Below, one piece after another: positions 25,763 through 29,441 of a stretch of 29,441 nucleotides of DNA. The translations under genes were made by a program, and so were the position numbers. This stretch comes from Candidatus Fraserbacteria bacterium (GTDB taxonomy: Bacteria; Bipolaricaulota; Bipolaricaulia; RBG-16-55-9): the NCBI GenBank assembly GCA_037442925.1, contig JBBIPG010000024.1:1-29441 (forward strand), written 5' to 3'. The number at the start of each line of letters is the position of its first letter. The stretch's first letter is position 1. The notes beneath the pieces were generated by a model. It ran no database searches. It was given only the letters and a program-made list of their open reading frames with translations, and was not told the origin of the DNA.

Positions 25763-26849
25763 GCGTCTTGAGGCCACTACCCGTAAGCGGTATGACAATC
25801 GTTCCCTTGGGTCGTCTCGTCCACTGAAGTAGTCCCGCTACGGCAACGGCCGATGTTGGCTCTGTATATAGCCCACGGTGGGCGAGCATCTTTTGAGCTT
25901 GGAGAATCGCTTCGTCGCTGACTGTGAGGACTTCGCCCCTTGTCTGGCGGATGGCTTCCAAGATTGCTCGTGCCCGTGTGGGGCGGACGATACGAATCCC
26001 TTCTGCAATTGTGTCGCTGCTTTGCATATCGGAGGGTACGTCATCCATGCCGCGCTCGAAGGCTGCATACAGGGGAGCGCAGTTTCTGGACTGAACGGCA
26101 ATCAATCGAGGGATCTCGTCGATGAGCCCCGCCCCCTGCAAATCGACAAATCCGCGATACGCGCCCAACAAGAGAGTCCCGTGACCCGTAGGGAAGAGGA
26201 TGGCATCGGGGCACTGATGGTCGAGCTGCTCCCAGAGCTCGTAGGCGAACGTCTTCATTCCTTCCAGAATCAGAGGATGATAAGCATGACTGGCATAATA
26301 GCTTGTCTTAGAAGCTTCTTGGGCGGCGCGGGCTGAGTTCTCCCTCGGACCTTCTACGGGAATAAGTTTTGCACCATAAGCTTTGATCTGAGCGAGCTTT
26401 GCACCCGAAGCATGCTTCGGCACGTAGAGGCGGCAGCGAATGCCCGCATACGCGCAGTATGCTGCCAGCGAAGCGCCCGCATTCCCCGATGAATCTTCGA
26501 CGACTTCGCCAATACCCCACGAGCGCAGAGCACTTACGAGCACGGTCGTCCCTCGGTCTTTGAAGGAACCTGTGGGCGCTAGGAATTCCAGTTTACACAA
26601 GAACTGCACATCCTGAATGGCCAGGGGGATGAGCGGCGTAAGACCTTCTCCGAGCGAAACAGGAGGTTCATCTACTACAGGAATCATCGCTCGATAGCGC
26701 CAGAGACTTTTCAGTTCATATCGGATTGTATGGGGGTCGAAAGGGAGTCGTTCGTCAAGCTCGAAGAGTCCATTGCAGCGGCAGCGCCAGAGGTGGGTGC
26801 TTGCCGGGTAAGGCGCGCCGCAGCGGATGCAGCGATAAGCTTCCATCAT
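25746..26849 (-). CDS. thrC: Threonine synthase-like PLP-dependent enzyme (fold type II)
   Basis: N-terminal CxxC/CxC, SLGEGLTP, PTGSFKDRG PLP-lysine motif, DSSGNAG, EPTSA, LTGSGLK. May be a paralog with a different substrate. Confidence 0.8.
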   Translation of the reverse strand: MMEAYRCIRCGAPYPASTHLWRCRCNGLFELDERLPFDPHTIRYELKSLWRYRAMIPVVDEPPVSLGEGLTPLIPLAIQDVQFLCKLEFLAPTGSFKDRGTTVLVSALRSWGIGEVVEDSSGNAGASLAAYCAYAGIRCRLYVPKHASGAKLAQIKAYGAKLIPVEGPRENSARAAQEASKTSYYASHAYHPLILEGMKTFAYELWEQLDHQCPDAILFPTGHGTLLLGAYRGFVDLQGAGLIDEIPRLIAVQSRNCAPLYAAFERGMDDVPSDMQSSDTIAEGIRIVRPTRARAILEAIRQTRGEVLTVSDEAILQAQKMLAHRGLYTEPTSAVAVAGLLQWTRRPKGTIVIPLTGSGLKTPTLPP

Positions 26850-26855
26850 GTGTGG

Positions 26856-27056
26856 CTACAGGCCGCTGATCAGGCCACGCAGGAGCAGGGCCGCCGCGAC
26901 GATGTTTCCCACTCCGGCCAGGGCCATCCAGAACAACTCACGCTCCGTATACGACAACTCGCGACGGGGAGTGATCAGGCCTACCACGCCAAAGAACGTG
27001 AAGAGGAGCCCGATGATCCCAAAGACGATCGTCCCGAGAAGATATATAATGTTGAT
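26856..27056 (-). CDS. Small two-TM membrane protein (66 aa) with a non-canonical ATC start, or a start mutation
   Basis: Frame reads INIIYLLGTIVFGIIGLLFTFFGVVGLITPRRELSYTERELFWMALAGVGNIVAAALLLRGLISGL*; SD GAGGGGG 7 nt before the ATC; fills the gap between co-oriented genes. Confidence 0.7.
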   Translation of the reverse strand: MNIIYLLGTIVFGIIGLLFTFFGVVGLITPRRELSYTERELFWMALAGVGNIVAAALLLRGLISGL

Positions 27057-27068
27057 GGCTCATCCCCC

Positions 27069-27596
27069 TCACTTCTGAGGTTGATTGAAGTACCGCTTTC
27101 CCTCTTTTCGTATGCGATTGAGTCGTAGGAGTTCGTTCGCCGCTCCGGTGAGTCGCCGCCAGTTGATGCCCAGTTCATGACCGATCTCCACGAGAGTCAG
27201 ACCGTGAGGGTTTTGGGCAAGCAGGGCAGGAATTCGCTCTAGTTGCTCGCGAAATTCCGTCTGCGCTGCGCTGCTGTCTGAGCTGACCGCGGGGCTGATG
27301 GTACGATCGGGTCTGGGGGTCGATCTCGCCTGGTTCGCTTGGTAGACCAACGGAGCCGGTAAGAGAAGGGGAGCTGCTCCCAACACGAACCAGTAACTGG
27401 CAATGCCGAGCTCAGGAACAAGCAAGCCGATGATTTGCAGTGGAATCGCAACCAACAGCAAGATCATGGCAAACCGCGCCAGCATCGTCGGAGACGCTAC
27501 GCGATTCAAACTGAGTAGAAGCCACGCTGCCGCGACTTCAAAACTGAGTCCTGTAAAGATCAGGAATGCATTCAGATTCCAAATGGACTCGACCAT
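27069..27596 (-). CDS. Membrane protein (about 3 TM helices) with a C-terminal winged-helix-like domain
   Basis: Three hydrophobic segments, a Ser/Pro/Ala linker, then NPHGLTLVEIGHELGINWRRLTGAANELLRLNRIRKEGKRYF. ATG 27596 has AAAGGGGG upstream. Confidence 0.8.
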   Translation of the reverse strand: MVESIWNLNAFLIFTGLSFEVAAAWLLLSLNRVASPTMLARFAMILLLVAIPLQIIGLLVPELGIASYWFVLGAAPLLLPAPLVYQANQARSTPRPDRTISPAVSSDSSAAQTEFREQLERIPALLAQNPHGLTLVEIGHELGINWRRLTGAANELLRLNRIRKEGKRYFNQPQK

Positions 27597-27635
27597 CGGA
27601 TGTTGGCCCCCTTTGCCTCGACGTGATCGAAACAC

Positions 27636-27665
27636 ATTCTATGCCAATCTTCGCTCGGCTGGCAA
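27636..27665 (-). promoter_or_regulatory. Putative promoter (TTGCCA-N18-TAGAAT)
   Basis: Near-consensus hexamers upstream of the TM-wHTH gene. Confidence 0.6.
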
Positions 27666-27681
27666 ACACTTCTCATCGTGC

Positions 27682-28782
27682 TCATAGACGGATCAGTTCT
27701 TGCGGGAACCGTGTGAGTGTCTCGGCTCCCGTTGACGTGATAAGCATGTTATCTTCTATGCGCACGCCGCCCTTACCCGGCAGATAGACCCCCGGTTCGA
27801 CGGTGAAGGTCATGCCGGGCTGAAGTTCCTGAGCATTCCCTTCCATGATGTAGGGTGGCTCATGGACTTCCAATCCCAATCCGTGGCCGGTGCGGTGGAC
27901 GAAGAATTCTCCATATCCGGCCTCTTCGATAACGCGGCGAGCGGCGCGGTCGACCTCTTGGGCAGCGACACCCGGCTTACACGCATCGCGCCCTGCAGCA
28001 TTAGCCTCCTTCACGATCTCATGGATTTGCTCCAACTCGGGGTCGATGTCGCCGATAGCGACGTTGCGAGTGATGTCGCCGGGGTAGCCTTTCCAGAGGG
28101 CTCCGCAGTCGAGCGTGACGAGATCACCCCTCTGGAGAGTTCGATCTCCCGGTTGATAGTGGGGCGATGCCGAGTTGGGGCCGGAGGCAACGATGGGCGT
28201 AAACGAGACGCCATCGCTTGCCGTCTTCAGTAGTTCGAGCTGAAAAGTAGAAGCGACTTCCCTCTCGCTCATTCCCGGCTGGATGGCAGCGATAGTATTC
28301 TTCAAGAGCATTTCTGTAAGCTCTATCGCTTTCCGTAAGTCCTTGATTTCGCTTGCGTCTTTAATCATGCGAAGTGAATGGATGGCATCATCGACTCCTG
28401 CAATACGGCAACCGGAGGCGTGTTTCTCGATGTGCCTTAGTTCCAAGACGCGCATCTGGCAAAACTCCACAGCCAGCGTTCTCCCCTGAAGCATGAGATC
28501 GCGCATGAGCTGGGCAGAGGCGCGATCGGGGCCCTCTTCGTCACGGTAGGTGTAGAGTTGGGCTTGGATGTTCAGGGCCTTCTCTGCTTGTGGCCGTTCG
28601 AGTAGGGGCAAGAGCAGCGCCGGTTCTCCCTCCACAGGGAAGAAGGCCAGCGTGATCCGTTGGCTTAGCTTCATGTGAAGGCCGGTAAAGTAACGCAGGT
28701 TGGGGCCGGGGACGAGGATGGCACAGTCCATCTTGTGTTTTCGAAGCTCATCTCTGAGTTTGTCCACTCGCACGGCGTGCAT
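27682..28782 (-). CDS. Xaa-Pro aminopeptidase/prolidase (M24B)
   Basis: Creatinase-like N-domain (NLRYFTG); metal-ligand motifs DCGA, GDITR, HRTGHGLGLEVHE, TVEPG, RIED. Confidence 0.95.
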   Translation of the reverse strand: MHAVRVDKLRDELRKHKMDCAILVPGPNLRYFTGLHMKLSQRITLAFFPVEGEPALLLPLLERPQAEKALNIQAQLYTYRDEEGPDRASAQLMRDLMLQGRTLAVEFCQMRVLELRHIEKHASGCRIAGVDDAIHSLRMIKDASEIKDLRKAIELTEMLLKNTIAAIQPGMSEREVASTFQLELLKTASDGVSFTPIVASGPNSASPHYQPGDRTLQRGDLVTLDCGALWKGYPGDITRNVAIGDIDPELEQIHEIVKEANAAGRDACKPGVAAQEVDRAARRVIEEAGYGEFFVHRTGHGLGLEVHEPPYIMEGNAQELQPGMTFTVEPGVYLPGKGGVRIEDNMLITSTGAETLTRFPQELIRL

Positions 28783-28791
28783 GATTCTCTA

Positions 28792-28821
28792 ACTATAGAG
28801 TGCGTGTCGGGAGAGAGTCAA
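28792..28821 (-). promoter_or_regulatory. Putative promoter of the M24 peptidase (TTGACT-N18-TATAGT); leaderless or very short leader
   Basis: The -10 element ends 9 nt before ATG 28782. Confidence 0.6.
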
Positions 28822-28914
28822 TAGAGTGGCAACCAGCGTAATCATCTGCGACTCATTCAATGAGTGCCCACATCGTAGCGAAACGATGGGCTGTCCATCA
28901 AGCGCGTGCTCATC

Positions 28915-29370
28915 TTAGAACACGAGGGTGAAGCCTGCGGCATACGCAGCCTGCAGGAAGCGAGAGACGAGAGGCACATTCAAGTCCACTTCGTTGAAGA
29001 ACTCCAACGAGCGGGAGAGCGAAAAACTCCATCGTAAGCCTGCTCCCAGCTGGGGCACAAACTCATCGATCACATCCCAGAGCAAGAGGGTCTGGAGATA
29101 GAGCGCGAACTGAGGAGAGGCATGCCATATGAGGCCCACCCTCCCATCCCAGCTACCGGAGAGGAAGAGCTGGGCTCCGGCGAAGAGGCCTAGTGAGCGC
29201 GAGAGGGAGAGTTCTGCGCTCAGTCCCAGACCGGGGATGAAGACGTCGGGCTCACCCATGAAGATACCGCTTAGGGAAAGGCTGGTCACTCCCCAGGCCG
29301 TCGGGATGGGGAAAATCATCAGGGAGATCAGGACGATGAGAGCGGAGCCCAATAGCTTTTCAGGCTTCAT
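28915..29370 (-). CDS. Secreted hypothetical protein, possible small outer-membrane beta-barrel
   Basis: Signal peptide ending TAWG; alternating amphipathic strands (GLGLSAEL, DGRVGLIW, QLGAGLRW); C-terminal YAAGFTLVF. Confidence 0.75.
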   Translation of the reverse strand: MKPEKLLGSALIVLISLMIFPIPTAWGVTSLSLSGIFMGEPDVFIPGLGLSAELSLSRSLGLFAGAQLFLSGSWDGRVGLIWHASPQFALYLQTLLLWDVIDEFVPQLGAGLRWSFSLSRSLEFFNEVDLNVPLVSRFLQAAYAAGFTLVF

Positions 29371-29441
29371 TTACGGGTTCTTGATAAAGTTCGATGGCCA
29401 GTTGTAGTCCGGAGGACAGAGATCCCCTTTACTGTTGCCGT
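29371..29441 (-). CDS. 3' end of an upstream CDS (partial): ...GNSKGDLCPPDYNWPSNFIKNP*
   Basis: Frame is open to the window edge; its TAA abuts the ATG of the next gene (TAAATG). Confidence 0.55.
   Translation of the reverse strand, partial: GNSKGDLCPPDYNWPSNFIKNP

Noticed and set aside
26730..27178. ORF-track entries 26730..27128 (+), 26848..27078 (+) and 26981..27178 (-)
   Set aside because: The region is better explained by the minus-strand two-TM frame at 26856..27056.
1..29441. CRISPR array, rRNA, IS elements or defence-system genes
   Set aside because: No regularly spaced repeats, transposase motifs or recognisable defence domains were seen.

Overview
This is a ~56% GC (by eye) bacterial chromosomal window, mostly housekeeping, with no integrase, transposase, prophage genes or CRISPR array. 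Gene content and secreted-protein motifs tentatively suggest a Bipolaricaulota/Acetothermia-like lineage (inference). Genes in order: accC (partial) and accB; HlyC/CorC CBS protein; M1 peptidase with a possible C-terminal beta-barrel; panC; tsaE; a small gene plus a Rad52/Rad22-family annealing protein converging on comEC; leuS; phosphoglucomutase/phosphomannomutase; small hypothetical; DUF4139 protein; tRNA-Cys and tRNA-Val; secreted metzincin; pgsA; 2-oxoacid:ferredoxin oxidoreductase (OFOR) beta and alpha; peroxiredoxin; PKD surface protein; NodS-like methyltransferase; threonine-synthase-like enzyme; two membrane proteins; Xaa-Pro peptidase; small secreted barrel-like protein. Main highlights: (1) a 388-aa LAGLIDADG intein splits the Fe-S-binding CPGC motif of OFOR beta, so the precursor carries a natural Cys-Pro-Gly-Cys1 junction like the known intein redox trap, with a divergent peroxiredoxin next to the operon; (2) a non-phage operon of a small putative ssDNA-binding protein plus Rad52, tail-to-tail with comEC; (3) a Leu-codon-rich leader peptide and hairpin upstream of leuS; (4) a 66-aa membrane ORF missing from the ORF track that appears to start at ATC; (5) a DL-x5-I-[DS]-x2-[EQ]-x7-W motif shared by two secreted proteins.
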